A stretch of 55,332 nucleotides of DNA, filler included, from Sphacelaria rigidula (taxonomy: Eukaryota): assembly GCA_964200075.2 (NCBI GenBank). It is 6 parts of 6 records of this genome, joined end to end, with 100 filler letters (N's around TTAATTAATTAA, not from the genome) between each part and the next. Parts side by side here need not be neighbours in the genome. Positions count along the whole stretch, not along the records: positions 9,241 to 18,380 come from CAXNAA020009204.1; positions 18,481 to 27,618 come from CAXNAA020009205.1; 4 more parts are not named here. One strand, written 5' to 3'. The notes under the pieces were generated by a model that searched no databases, was not told the DNA's origin, and worked only from the letters and a program-made list of their open reading frames with translations. Shown piece after piece: positions 11,611 through 23,248 of this stretch; the stretch's first letter is position 1, and the number at the start of each line of letters is the position of its first letter. The translations under genes and the position numbers were made by a program.

Positions 11611-12250
11611 AAAAAAATATGGTTTGGGGCAGGTGAGCAGTGGACCCAGCTCGTCCAGAACGTGTTATTGTCGAAATCGGCGCCTGCCGCGACGATTTGA
11701 AGTCTACCAACGCACACTTTGCCTAGGGAATTTGAGCACCCTCCTCGCCCGAGGGTCTCGTGCGCCTTTGATCGGGGTTAGGGGAAGGATCAGTGTTACT
11801 CGTAGTGTTCGTTTGAAACATCCCATGATGTTCCCCATACTATCTACCAACATTTCTGTAGGCCCCCTCCCTTAGACCGCGAGGGTAGGTCACCAGCTGG
11901 ATCGGCATCAATCTTCACTTGAAAAAAGTATGCTTGATCCAGATGGACTACCCGCACCGCGGTCTAAGGGTTAACCGTCGTTGGGCTACGTTTTAGAATG
12001 GTTGGCACAGTTTTACAAGTACCGCTACCCCTACCGCTACCGCTACCGCTACCGCTACCCCTAACACTAACCCTTACCCAAACCCAAACCCAAGGCGCAC
12101 GAGATCCTCGGGCGAGGAGGGTGCACAAATTCCCCCAGGCAAAGTGTGCGTTGGCAGACTTTAAATCGTCGCGGCATGCGCCGATTTCGACAGAAATACG
12201 TTCTGGACGAGCTGGGTCCACTGTTCTTCTCCTGTGCCAAACTATTTTTT
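11611..12250. mobile_element. MITE-like element with ~170-bp TIRs and telomere-like/(CTACCG)n internal repeats
   Basis: ~11611-11783 is the reverse complement of ~12060-12250; ends approximate. Confidence 0.82.
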
Positions 12251-12668
12251 GTTTCAGAGCTTCATCAAGTCTAGAATCGAGTAGTCATCCTGTCAACCAT
12301 TATACACGAACATTCATTTAGGTCTACTGCCCCAAGGGTCAACTAGCGTCTTATTATGCTACAAACCAACGTGTCGTGTAACAATTTGAAAGATGCATGT
12401 GACCGTCATTCGGATAATTTGGTCACTCTCAATCATATCTCCAAGGCTCAATCTCACGAAAATATTGTTTTCCGTTGTTCAGAACTACGTGGGCAAATAT
12501 GTCGAAATCCGGGAGGTGGGTTGAACCCCCGTCCACTATTCAGCTCCATTTTCCAGGAGACTATTAGCGACTTGTTTTCGAAATGAATTGAGAATTTGAC
12601 GCCAGCTATCGCTCCATGACTCGGACAATGCGGTTCATGATGAATATTTAGGATATTATGCTAGTTGT

Positions 12669-13001
12669 AACAGCCGATCATCCATTTTGAGGATGAAGCT
12701 TTTCATTAACGAAGCTTTTTATTGAGGATAAAAATCCGGAGACTTTAAAGCTTCGCATCCAAACCATTTCCTCGAGACATGCTTCCATTTCTTCATTCGT
12801 TGGTAGCTATTGACACCTGCTACGCGTTATACAAATTTGATTTCCGATCACCGATATTTGGAGGTCCCAGGTGAAGAACAAGTATTGGGTATTTACGTGA
12901 TCCATATATCGAAGAATTGGTATGGATGTGAAGAATTTAATTCTCCGAGGGTTTCCATCCTCAATGGAAAGCTCCATCCTCGAAATGGATGATCAGCTGT
13001 T
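12669..13001. mobile_element. MITE with ~100-bp imperfect TIRs
   Basis: AACAGCCGATCATCCATTTTGAGGATG ... CATCCTCGAAATGGATGATCAGCTGTT. Confidence 0.75.
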
Positions 13002-15594
13002 TTGTGCCGAAGTTGGACCAGCTTGTATGAAACTGCTATATCGTATACAATGGGCCTGCTAATATCATCGGTGGGCTCCGTGAATATTTCATTTCGATCG
13101 CCTGGAGCTGCTTGTTCACTTCGTGGGGGCAGGAGAATTATGTGCTTCTCTCCAGTATTATGAAGAGCTGAGGTTGATATCTGGACAACCACAGCGGCTG
13201 AAGCTCACGAGTACAGGATGGGAGTACTCCACGTAGCTGTCTGGTCATAAGTGCAGAACTCTTTAACTCTTCACGACAGGGAAGTCGAGCCTCTGATTTC
13301 TTGGACCACAACACCCATCTTCGACTTGACAGCGTTCGGTACCGTGACCGCTTGAACATTTTTGCATGTACTTTGGGCTTCCTACTTTCGACCACTCGAC
13401 CGCCAGAGTGGGCCATACCTGGGCTTTACTTTCATTTTCCATTCTTCAGGTGAACATTATGTCGATTCCTCTGCACATATTGACACACTTTCTACGATAG
13501 CCCCCCCCAAAAAAACTAAACAGCCTAATGTGTCACGAGAAGAATGTTCATACAGCGCCTGTTGTTTAGGTTCAGGCTGCATGAAGCACCTCATATGAGC
13601 GACATTGACTAGGATGAACCCAAGCGTGGGAATTCCCAGCTGCTCGTTGTGCTCGGCTTCTTCCCTTTCGATCTTCATCACGAATTTGCGTCCCCACACC
13701 AGGTACGTTTTGGGAGGGCGGAGCTATCGTAAAAAGTGTCTGTCTCACCCTGCCGATCAAGCAGTTCAAGAACGGGGTCAATGCTTTCGTGGCATTCGAG
13801 AGTATGAGATACTATGGAGAGTGAAAAGTGGTAGGTTGATTAACGAATAGTTTCTTTCGGAAATAGTACCCCTCCGCGAGGCTCGATACGCTTTCGATAT
13901 TGGCTTGCCACTAAAGCCCTTTATATCTCGGAGTATGATGTCGACGCGTGGCTGTAAGCATACGCCGGTGTTACAGGAAAACAAAAGCATACAGGACGAA
14001 AAGTGGTCAAGTTAAAGCTAATGATGAAACCCCCTCTCAATAATCTCACGAAACCATTGCTTTGTATGTAGTCTGTACCTTGCTGGTATGAATTTCACTT
14101 CAACAGCAAACTGCGGTGCAACTTGTGACGGTTCAACGAAATATTTACCGTTGAAACAGTTCAATATACAACACATCATTCCCTGGACAACATATTACAT
14201 CGTAAAGAAATGTACTGTGCTCAGTGTAGAATCCACTTTTGCTTTGGGCGCAGTAGTCGATACTGTACGCAGTACACTTCATGACTGTAACCTGGGGCCA
14301 GGGTGTACAACGAATATTTTCAACCTAAAATTTGGTGAGAAACTGGCACACTTATGAGCGTTTTGTACGGCAGCTTGGGTATGCCGGTTTTCCTCCCTCT
14401 CTCTACCCCCCCCCCCTCACACATACATCTCCTCATTCTCCAACAATTTTCTGCTTTCAGAAGAGACTGAGATTTGTTGTCTCGGCTAAATATCCGCACA
14501 TGAAGACCATTTTTTACATCTTCTACAGCAGAAGCAAGTGGCCTTCACACTGTGCGTCTCCAGTAATCACGTCCACTGAAACAGCAAGTCTGTCTCTTGA
14601 CTGTACCATACCGCGAGAGCCTTACAAAGGGACCGTCAGGCGCACCATCCGCGTTCCTATTGTAGAGGTGGGAGTGGGTACTGTTGTTATCTTCTCGTTG
14701 AGGACCGTTCCGATGTCAGCACAGTACTTTTTAACTTCTGTACTAGGCATCGGATGAGGACGCCTTCCGCGGTCACAGGCTTCCCCACAAGAGAAGGTAT
14801 GAGGAAAACAAATTCAAAAGTAAAAAAACAAAGAGCGTAAAACTCTTCATAGACGCGATTCAACATAAGGCGAAAATTGCTTCAACCATCGAAGATCGAA
14901 ATATCACGAAAATACGGGTTCATGTAGTATATAGGTACAAGACAGCAAGGAACCGAAAGTAATACTTCGCGTGTGCGACAACTATTTAACTCCCACCACC
15001 GAGAATGCCGCACAGGCCATTAGTTAAACGCTTCCATTGCGCCGAAACATACCGTTGGAACATGTCGCAGCTCGAGCCTCCCATCAAGCGATCAAATTCC
15101 GCGTAAGCACGCACTTGACGCTCGTGGAATGCGATATTTCACCACCAGCGGTGCTGATCATCTGCGCTACTAGCACCAACTGACGCCGCCTAACCTACAC
15201 TACAGTGATACACAATTATCGCCAAAGCGAATGATCATAAAATCACCGAAGCAGTACTGCACCCTAATTTTTACAACCGCCTTGCCCAGAATCCTCACTA
15301 GTCTACAACGCAGCTCATCCGTTTCTCGTCCTTCCCTCACTGTTGCATATTGATTCCCTTGATATCACAGACTGACGCTCAAATCAGTGCTGGACGGGGC
15401 GCCATCCATTATGCTTGTATCCATCCACCTATAGTTGAAGACCGCCTAAGTTGAGATCTCGGTCATGAGTCCACCGAGAGCCACGCCCAACCAGCGGAAT
15501 GTGCGCCCCGACGGGATTCATCTGAACGCCGAGATAGAGGATCTCAGCGTGTATGTGGTTCAGACGCAAATTCACGTAGGTTTCATCGTGGGCC

Positions 15595-18036
15595 TCAAAC
15601 CCTCATGGAGCTGTTGCTCGCGGCATAATCGCTTGCGCAGAAAGACGCATCGTCCCATGTTGTCTCGGCCAGGCTCACCGGTGATCGCATGGAACTCACA
15701 TCACTGGACGCCCCATGCCGGGATGCGATACCCGCCGGGCTGCGGATGTCGTGGGTATCTAAATGCTGCAGCGTAGATGAAGCGCGGCTGCTGTGTGTTT
15801 CATCCGTTCCACTCACTGCGCTACCAAGCCGGCTACTACTACCACCGTCCCCAATCCTCGCCGGCACACCAAGTATACCGAGCATTTTAGAACTATCCGT
15901 CGCCCCACGTGTAAAGCTTCCTCTCCGATTGATAGCTCCCGCGGCAGAGTGTAGCCGTGATCCGGCATCGCTGTCCCCATCTCCAGTATTCGCTGTCGGT
16001 CCTGTACTGTGGATCACCAACGAATTTTCGTTTGACGTCATGGCACCTCGGGTTGCTTTGCTATCTTTCCGACCGAGAGCGCCTTTCCAGGATAGCTGCC
16101 GTGATTCAGCGTCGCTGTCGTCAGCGTCGCCATTGTGGGTTTTTTTGCCGTACCTCGAATTGGCGTTGCGGAATGCCGGCGAATTAGTGATAGCGTCAAC
16201 GGTGCCACGGGTAAAAGTCCCCGCGCCCCTCTTACTAGCAGCTCGCCCACTGAAGCGGAACTTAGATCCAGCGTCGCTATCTCCATCATTGAACGAGTTA
16301 TTCACAGGAATAACTTTGGTGGATAATGGCGAAGACTTCGTCGGCAACTTCTGTGCAATTGCTGCTGGAGCGCTAGCGGCCAAGATTGCCGTGCTGCTAA
16401 CCCTCCTCGGTTCCGGCGACTCATTGCCGACCTTGGACTCTTTCCCTGGAGAGCTATGGCTGCCATCAGGAGTGAGAACAGGAGATTTTGTTGGCGTCGC
16501 TACAACCGTTGCTTCCGATACTCTATGGGAATTTACGCCACCCGCGGGGTTGTTAAATGGCCTGGACGTGGCGAGTGAAAATTGTCGCGGGGGCCACTGA
16601 TCGTCAGATTTGCTGCTGTGAGGATGTATAATAGAAGCCGATGGATCTACAGGCCCTGATCCATGGGATTCGTCGTCCCGGTCGACACGGCTTCCACTGG
16701 CTCTACCCCTGTCATAGAGTAGCACACAGGGCGAATGCGCAGACGGCGTTGAAAAAAATAGCGGGGAAAACACTTTAGCACTGGTGCTTCTTCGCTTTCG
16801 ACTGCCATCGTGATAAATGGTTTGAAAGGGATTCACTGGTGAAAGCGAGCGAAAACAGCGCTATATTTCAACGCGGCTAAGGTTATTTACTTCCCAGGTT
16901 GAGAGCATGGCCCTAGGTCGGATGCACGGAGTGGAAATGTCGCAGGTGCACTACGAGGGTCAAAATACGCATCCCCTTTCTGTCCAAAGCGGAATGTTCC
17001 AAGCCTATGCAAGTAACCGCACGCCAGCACCATACAAGCCAGGCCGCCTGAAAGCTTGGGAATTCGCCAATATCGCCACGAGTAGCTCAATATTTCGAGT
17101 TGGGACCTGAAGCTCTGGCAAGTGAGTTGCAAGGTCCTCACCGAGACCTTCCGGCCGACTTCCTGTATTGGATTCAGTAGATTTGAGCGAAACCTTCATC
17201 AACGGGGGATCGGGCCGGAGGTGTCGGCGAGTACATTGCAAGTCATGTGTCAAAATTCCAAGTGTCAACTTAGAAGTGAGCCAAGCGTGGCGATATCTGC
17301 ACCACGATCGATCTGGATTCAAACTTGTAATGAGACATCCGCCACCTTCCTCCTCGTCTCCGGAGTAACACCCCCAATATTTTGGAGGTATTTTTGAAAG
17401 GCCTCTCCCATGAAAATATTCTATTCGGAGTAGGAACGGTGCTCTGTCTCGAAAGGATGCGTGGTCAATGGTCACACGACTAAGGTAAGCAACAAATGAG
17501 AACGCCTCCCGTCTCGAAAGGGATGCGTGGTCAATGGTCAAATGACTAAGGCAAGCAACAAATGAGTACGCCCCCCCCCCACCCCCCAACGTGAATATAT
17601 TCCAGATGAGGAACACAAAATCCCAAAGAAGATAGTGCGCCCACAGGGACACAGTGTCACGACGGCCGTTCGCCGGGTTCCCGAGCCGGAAAGCTACGGG
17701 TGATAGCCTTAAGTAGCCGACCTCAATGATTCCCCAAGCTTGCCCTCACTCAATGACATTCAAAGTATGTGAACATCTGACACAACGTAGGATTCTCGGC
17801 CGGATTAGCTTGTGTGTATTCAGACTTGCGGTTACCATTAATGACCGCTCATCACCAGTCGTACTGTAACACCTGTTTTTCCCGGCGAGTAGGCTGCCTC
17901 GCTTGCGACAGCATATCCCCACAATGGCGAGTAGAACCGCAGCCGCTGCTACTGCACTCCCAATGATAATGCCAAGGCCGTCGCTCGATGACGATGACGA
18001 TGACGATGACGATGCACCCGCGGGTGACGTGTCCGA
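15595..18036 (-). CDS. 3' part of a single-pass membrane protein with a long Ser/Gly-rich cytoplasmic tail (exons 18036-17873, 16708-15595); 5' exons not in the contig
   Basis: Poly-Ser stalk, TM helix GLGIIIGSAVAAAAVLLAIVGICC and basic stop-transfer RKR; phase-2 junction AG|G joins in frame to a ~370-codon open exon. Confidence 0.78.
17421..17587 (+). mobile_element. Head-to-tail dimer of the LINE 3' tail in an intron
   Basis: Two consecutive GTCTCGAAAG..GCAACAAATGAG[AT]ACG units ending in poly-C. Confidence 0.85.
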
Positions 18037-18380
18037 CTGCTCGCACATAAATGAAAAATACGTGGGCGGGAGTGTATGTGTTCGGAGAAACAAGGAGACG
18101 TCGCACATCCTAATAACACCGAAAACAACGTTTTCGTGAGATTGAGAGTGGATCGCTGATTGAGAGTGGCTTCGATCATTCGCTTCAACCCAGCCATTTT
18201 TCAGTCCTTATGTGCTTTTCTTTGCGATCACCACTAGCGTGTGCTCACAGCTACACGCAGATATCCTACTCAGGGATATATCAAGGGCCTCAGTGGCAAG
18301 CTACTACATCAAGTACATTAGGCTTCGTGGGGGGGGGGGGGGGGGGGATTGCTGATATAAGAAACTTGAATTAGATTTTT

Positions 18381-18480
18381 NNNNNNNNNNNNNNNNNNNN
18401 NNNNNNNNNNNNNNNNNNNNNNNNTTAATTAATTAANNNNNNNNNNNNNNNNNNNNNNNNNNNNNNNNNNNNNNNNNNNN
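18381..18480. other. Artificial contig linker
   Basis: Same 100-bp spacer. Confidence 0.98.
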
Positions 18481-18798
18481 ACCATCCCGTTTGTGTAAAG
18501 AGAAACAGCTAAAAAGTATATAGTTGTAGGGGAATGCCGCGATCCCCCCCCCCCCCCCCAAAAAAAAAAAGAACTGTCGCGAAGAAATGGCCATGGAGCG
18601 CATCGAGATGATTGGAGGTTCCAGAACCCAGGTCTTGAGAATTTCATGAAAAATGCAGAAAGCTGTTTTTCAAAAGCCAGACCGTAAAATTTTTTCTAAA
18701 AAAATGCAGGTGTGGTTGGTTCCAGAAACCAGGTTTTAACAGTTCACATGCAGATTTAGCCTCGGTAACCATTGACGCTTTCCTGGAGGGAGGTACCG

Positions 18799-19741
18799 CT
18801 ACATCACTCTGTAACGTCTTCTCCAGTTTCCGTCACAAGAATCCCTGTCCAACCATGAAAGATGCTTTATTTTGTGTGAGACAGTGTTAATCTCCAATTT
18901 AACTGGTTCCATTTCTGGAATCTGCCATGTTCGCCGGGTTGGACCCTCAATATTCTCTGCGATCTGCTGAGTCCACCGTGTACGCGAACGGCGCAAAAAA
19001 CCGTAAGTGGTACAAATATCACCTCTTTTCCGCACCACAGCCGGTAAAACAGCACAGAAAATAATCATGCATCCTTGTTTTTCTGTGATGTTGGCCCGAA
19101 GTGCCCAACCCCAACAACCTACAGCATCGCGTGAAGGGGGTTTGGTGAATACAAAAAAAAGAATATGAAATATATTTTTGTCTCTTTTATGCCTGAGGCG
19201 CCAGAACTGGACAATATATAGAGTTCCGAAAAACGCTTTCTTGTGATTTCAGAGTGCAAATATCTCAGGATCAGAGTGCATAGTAAAAAAAAAAAAACCT
19301 CATGGAAAAAAAGTGAAGAGGTATAATTTTTCGTTACACTCTGATCCTCAGATATTTGCACTCTGAAATGACAAAAAAAGCGTTCTCCGAAACTCTCTGA
19401 TACTGTTTGTACCCCTTGCCCAGTGCGGTTTTTGTACCACATTCTTGTTTTTCACCTCTCTTAGTCTCGATTTTCTTGACAGATGACAGTGAAATCTTGG
19501 GGACCGGTGGAACGAAAACGCGAAGTGCTACACCCCTCCAACCGATGGAAACACTGAGGAAGAGCAGTCCTCGCACATCATACCTCACCATCATTGCTTC
19601 ATGGCCGGGATATGCACCAATTTTTTTCTCGCTACTACAGACCAGACAGCAGTTCATTTTTCGCGCATAGTATTGCACATGATTGTCATGCCACTGGCCT
19701 GTTGAAGAACTTCCCTATTTTGCGCGCGGTGTGCAACTGAT

Positions 19742-19772
<31 letters not shown>

Positions 19773-22376
19773 CTTCACATTAAAAACCGTCCCGATACCT
19801 GCTCAGTACTCTGTACTGGGTATCTGATGCGGACGCATTCCGTGGCCACAAGCTAACTACCCCAATATAGGTGAAGATGAAGTAAAAAATAAAATCGAAC
19901 CCAGAAAAAAATCTGGCAGACGAAGAAAACAAGGGAAGAAGAAGAAAAATGCAACGTAAATAATAGATATTCCTGTGCTACGAGACACGAGAATATCTTT
20001 ATTCACCAGAGCACACGCACATACATGTGTATAGGTATATTCATCTTGACGCGCAAGAAGCGAACGCCGCGCTGCTGGAACCCTACAGCTCGTGCGATGG
20101 CTCAAATAAAAGAAAACAGCTGGTAAAGGCAAAACCCACGCTCACCAGGCGATTCCCAAGTGTGTTCAAGGTAGAGCCAAAGCTGAGCGTAAAGTCTTTA
20201 GTTATGCGTACAACCTCGGACGCTGCAATCATCTTTCCAACATCCGCGACGCCTGTCCACCCAGGCATGCATCTGCGGGGGAAAGGGTGTGTTTTCATCA
20301 AAGGTGAAAACAACGGGCGCCAAGGCGGGTTTTATGGAAGGTTTGAAGTCGGCGCACAGGCGGAGTTTCGGTCACTACAGGAACACTTCCAGGATAGGGC
20401 ACGCAAAGCGAGAGGCACGCGGTGAAAGCTGCGGCGTACGATGGTGGGGGGCGTACTCATTTGTTGCTTGCCTTAGTCGTTTGACCATTGACCACGCATC
20501 CCCTTCGAGACGGAGCAGCGTACGATGGTGGAGGGAAAGAAATACTGCCACCGGTTGATGGAGAGCAGAAGCACAGCTCATTCATCTATCGCGTGTTGGT
20601 TGCTGATTCGAAGAACAAAGTGGAGGATGGGATTCGAAGAAAGACGATGAAAGGGCCACCACAACATCGACGCCCATTCAGCAACGCTAAGTCACTCGTG
20701 TAGCACCCTCTCTCGCGCCTGCCAGTAGGTAGTCCCATTCACTGGTGACGCGACCCGTGATACGTCAAATATACAGCCGAATCTCCCCCCTCCTCCTCCC
20801 ACTTACAGTAGTAGGCGGTCTAACAATAAAGGGGTGTCTTGGGGGTTCTCTCGCGAACTACTCTTCGATAGAACTCGAGACTGCTAGCGTCGGAAGATTT
20901 TGGTACAATCAACAGATCATCCTCGAAACACAGTGCCCACATCAGTGTTAGTTGGTGTTATCGGGCAATGCGAGTAAATTCCCCGTTTATCAGGAGAGTG
21001 CTATTGACCGCGAAATACAGTTTTTCGGCTCTAGTGCCATGAGTAGGTAGAATTTCAAAAAAATACAACTGTACATCTCTTCACAAGTATGATCGGGACA
21101 GGCCCGATCGATCGAAAATACCGAGGAGTAAGAATCTGGGCTGAAACGTGGCGGGACCTCCGATGACCGGTCAGCCCGTAACTCACTCAATATTGAGTAA
21201 AAGTGATTTTTTCTTCTTGGAATGTGAAGCGAGTACAAATATCTTCAGATGCCTGATGTGATAAGCGGTAGCAAGCGAAAATAGTCCACGAAAATCGCCA
21301 ATTACGAAAAAAACACAAAATGCCACAAAATGAATAGTTAGACCGCCCACTACTATACGCCGGAGAAAAGGACCGAGCACATCAGGACAACTGAAGACGA
21401 ACGCAAAATACACAATACTCCGACACAACGAGCCTTCCCATACGAACGTGCATCAACTCCATCGTGAAAGAGGTACCTGCGGCATGGCTCGGCTGCCACG
21501 GCACACAAGACATGGCATGCGCCGGCGACCGGACGTTTTCCATACAGAAGGCCCTTCTTTGCGCTGCACAGGGTGACGCAAGAAGACTGTCCGCCGTCAC
21601 CGCCACACGTACGAAGATAGCACGTGTCGTTGGCATTCGCCGTCCGACCAAAGTCGGCCAGCGGATCTTCTCTCTTGACCGGAATGGAAGTGGTTTCTTT
21701 TTTAATGGCCTGGCGGATGTGTGCCACCGAAGTCATGTCAAGGACTTCCTCCGTCCTGAACGGTTTGGTTGTTGACGCATGGGCCGAAGGAAATGCGGGG
21801 TATTACCGAGGGGAGACTCATGCCGAGCATGCTACATGCTACACTTTTGCACCAGGAGTGATTCCCATCCTCGACGGTGGCAGAGCGAAAGCACAACCGA
21901 GACAAATCACGGTAGCCTTGGGAAGCCGAACGTACGTCACTGGTGCTTGAAGCGCACTCAGCATTTGTAGCGCTCGCTGTTGAAGCTCCGCTGAGCCAAA
22001 GCTTCCGAAGCAAGAAGTAAAAAATTGAAATCAACAAACATGAACAGAGAACAGAACAGTACGCATCGGTTTGCACCATATCGATGTTCAGAACCCACAT
22101 GAACGCAGTGTTGGCACTGCTTCCACTCAGCATCCACGGTTGACGCGCGGCCTTCAGATTCTCCACCACCGCTGCCATACGGCGGTCAAATGCTAGGTTG
22201 CGAATTTCCGCTGCCGTCCATCCGCTTCCAGTCCCTCGGTAATCCACATTCCCCTCTCCTCTGTCCTCTTCTGCGGAAACCATGGGCGCTGGACACAACA
22301 GCGCTGCAGCTACTGATAGTAGAAATAAAGAAACCCATCCTACACCTGAAGATCGGCTCTTGATTGTCTGCGTCAT
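18799..22376 (-). CDS. Hypothetical secreted Cys-rich protein; exons 22376-22099, 22001-21936, 21755-21477, 20272-20146, (19627-19589 uncertain), 18963-18799
   Basis: Signal peptide WVSLFLLSVAAALLCPAPMVSA|EE; GT-AG introns whose phases (2,2,2,0) join without stops; terminal TAG at 18799-18801; no family recognised. Confidence 0.78.
19228..19390. repeat. Inverted repeat (~55-bp arms), probable MITE interior
   Basis: ATTTCAGAGTGCAAATATCTCAGGATCAGAGTG vs CACTCTGATCCTCAGATATTTGCACTCTGAAAT. Confidence 0.75.
20448..20517 (-). mobile_element. ~66-nt LINE 3'-tail insertion with 14-bp TSD
   Basis: Flanked by GCGTACGATGGTGG (20434-20447, 20518-20531); 5' end TGCTCCGTCTCG on minus. Confidence 0.85.
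20806..21355. mobile_element. Tc1/mariner-type MITE (~550 bp)
   Basis: TIR CAGTAGTAGGCGGTCTAA, TA on both flanks; full second copy at 46691-47239. Confidence 0.88.
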
Positions 22377-22774
22377 CTGTGTCAAGTTTCGCCGGCAACA
22401 TTGTGTACATGGGTGTCATCGATGTCAGCTAGATTGGCTCGGTACAGTAGCTAAGGGCACAGTGTCTGAGGCAAAACAAAATACCTGCGAACCAACAATG
22501 TTCTAGCTTGGGTACGCCCAGCATCAATAATACAACAGTAGAGTGTTTATTGATGTTGAGGGAAGCGTAAGACGGCACCGGGCCTATTTCGACATTGGAA
22601 CTAGAATCCTCTGATCATCTACATTTCAAGATAAATATCGTCGCGAGGCGACAGCACTCTGAAACACTCCATGGCATGTGTGTAGCACGCGCGAACCGGG
22701 AACGACTCCACGACGGTAGAGCCCACAATAACCTACCATTTGCACCTTTGTGCTACTCCAACGGGGCGGGAGGA

Positions 22775-23248
22775 GGGGGGGGAGGGAGGAAGAGGGGGAG
22801 GGGGTGGGGGGGCGTACTCATTTGTTTCTTGCCCTAGTCGTTCGACCATTGACCACGCACCCCTTCCGAGACGAAGCACCGTTCCCACTCCCAGTAGAGA
22901 CATCTCCAACGTTAGAGCGCCCATCACGTTTCTTCCGTACATTACACAAAAACACCTTTTACATATCTCGCCCGTGTCCTGTTTTGCCGTCTGTGGCCAC
23001 CATCTTTCCCCTAGTATAACCATAGTTTTCTCGCTACTGTCTGAAGCATCAAACGATTTTATGCCACCTTCGTTCACGTCCCGCATTTCCCCCTCTAGCA
23101 CGTCCCGTTCCTCCTTGTATAGTTCACATTCTGCCACTTCATGACTTCTGCTCTTCATTGGTTTGCCACAGAGGCAGTTCTGTGCATCTACTTCCTCCTC
23201 CTCTCCACTACTGGTATACGAGTATCTCTTTCTTCTTTCTGGCAGGGG
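22775..23248 (-). mobile_element. 5'-truncated LINE: ORF2 C-terminal Cys/His finger, 3' UTR and C-rich tail
   Basis: LPERRKRY...CLCG....SRSH.VAECELY..ER, then the conserved tail; a piece of the same 3' region occurs at 1-28. Confidence 0.9.

Noticed and set aside
12020..12092. True telomere or a (PL)n protein
   Set aside because: Short degenerate microsatellite inside a MITE.
14461..14797. Plus-strand exon (pyrimidine tract-CAG ... GTATGA)
   Set aside because: The long frame stops before the donor and there are no partner exons or recognisable motifs.
15689..16600. 303-aa plus-strand ORF
   Set aside because: Antisense shadow of the Ser/Gly-rich minus-strand exon.
15595..22376. One receptor gene joining the signal-peptide exons to the TM exon
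   Set aside because: An artificial linker separates them, and the secreted gene has its own stop at 18799.
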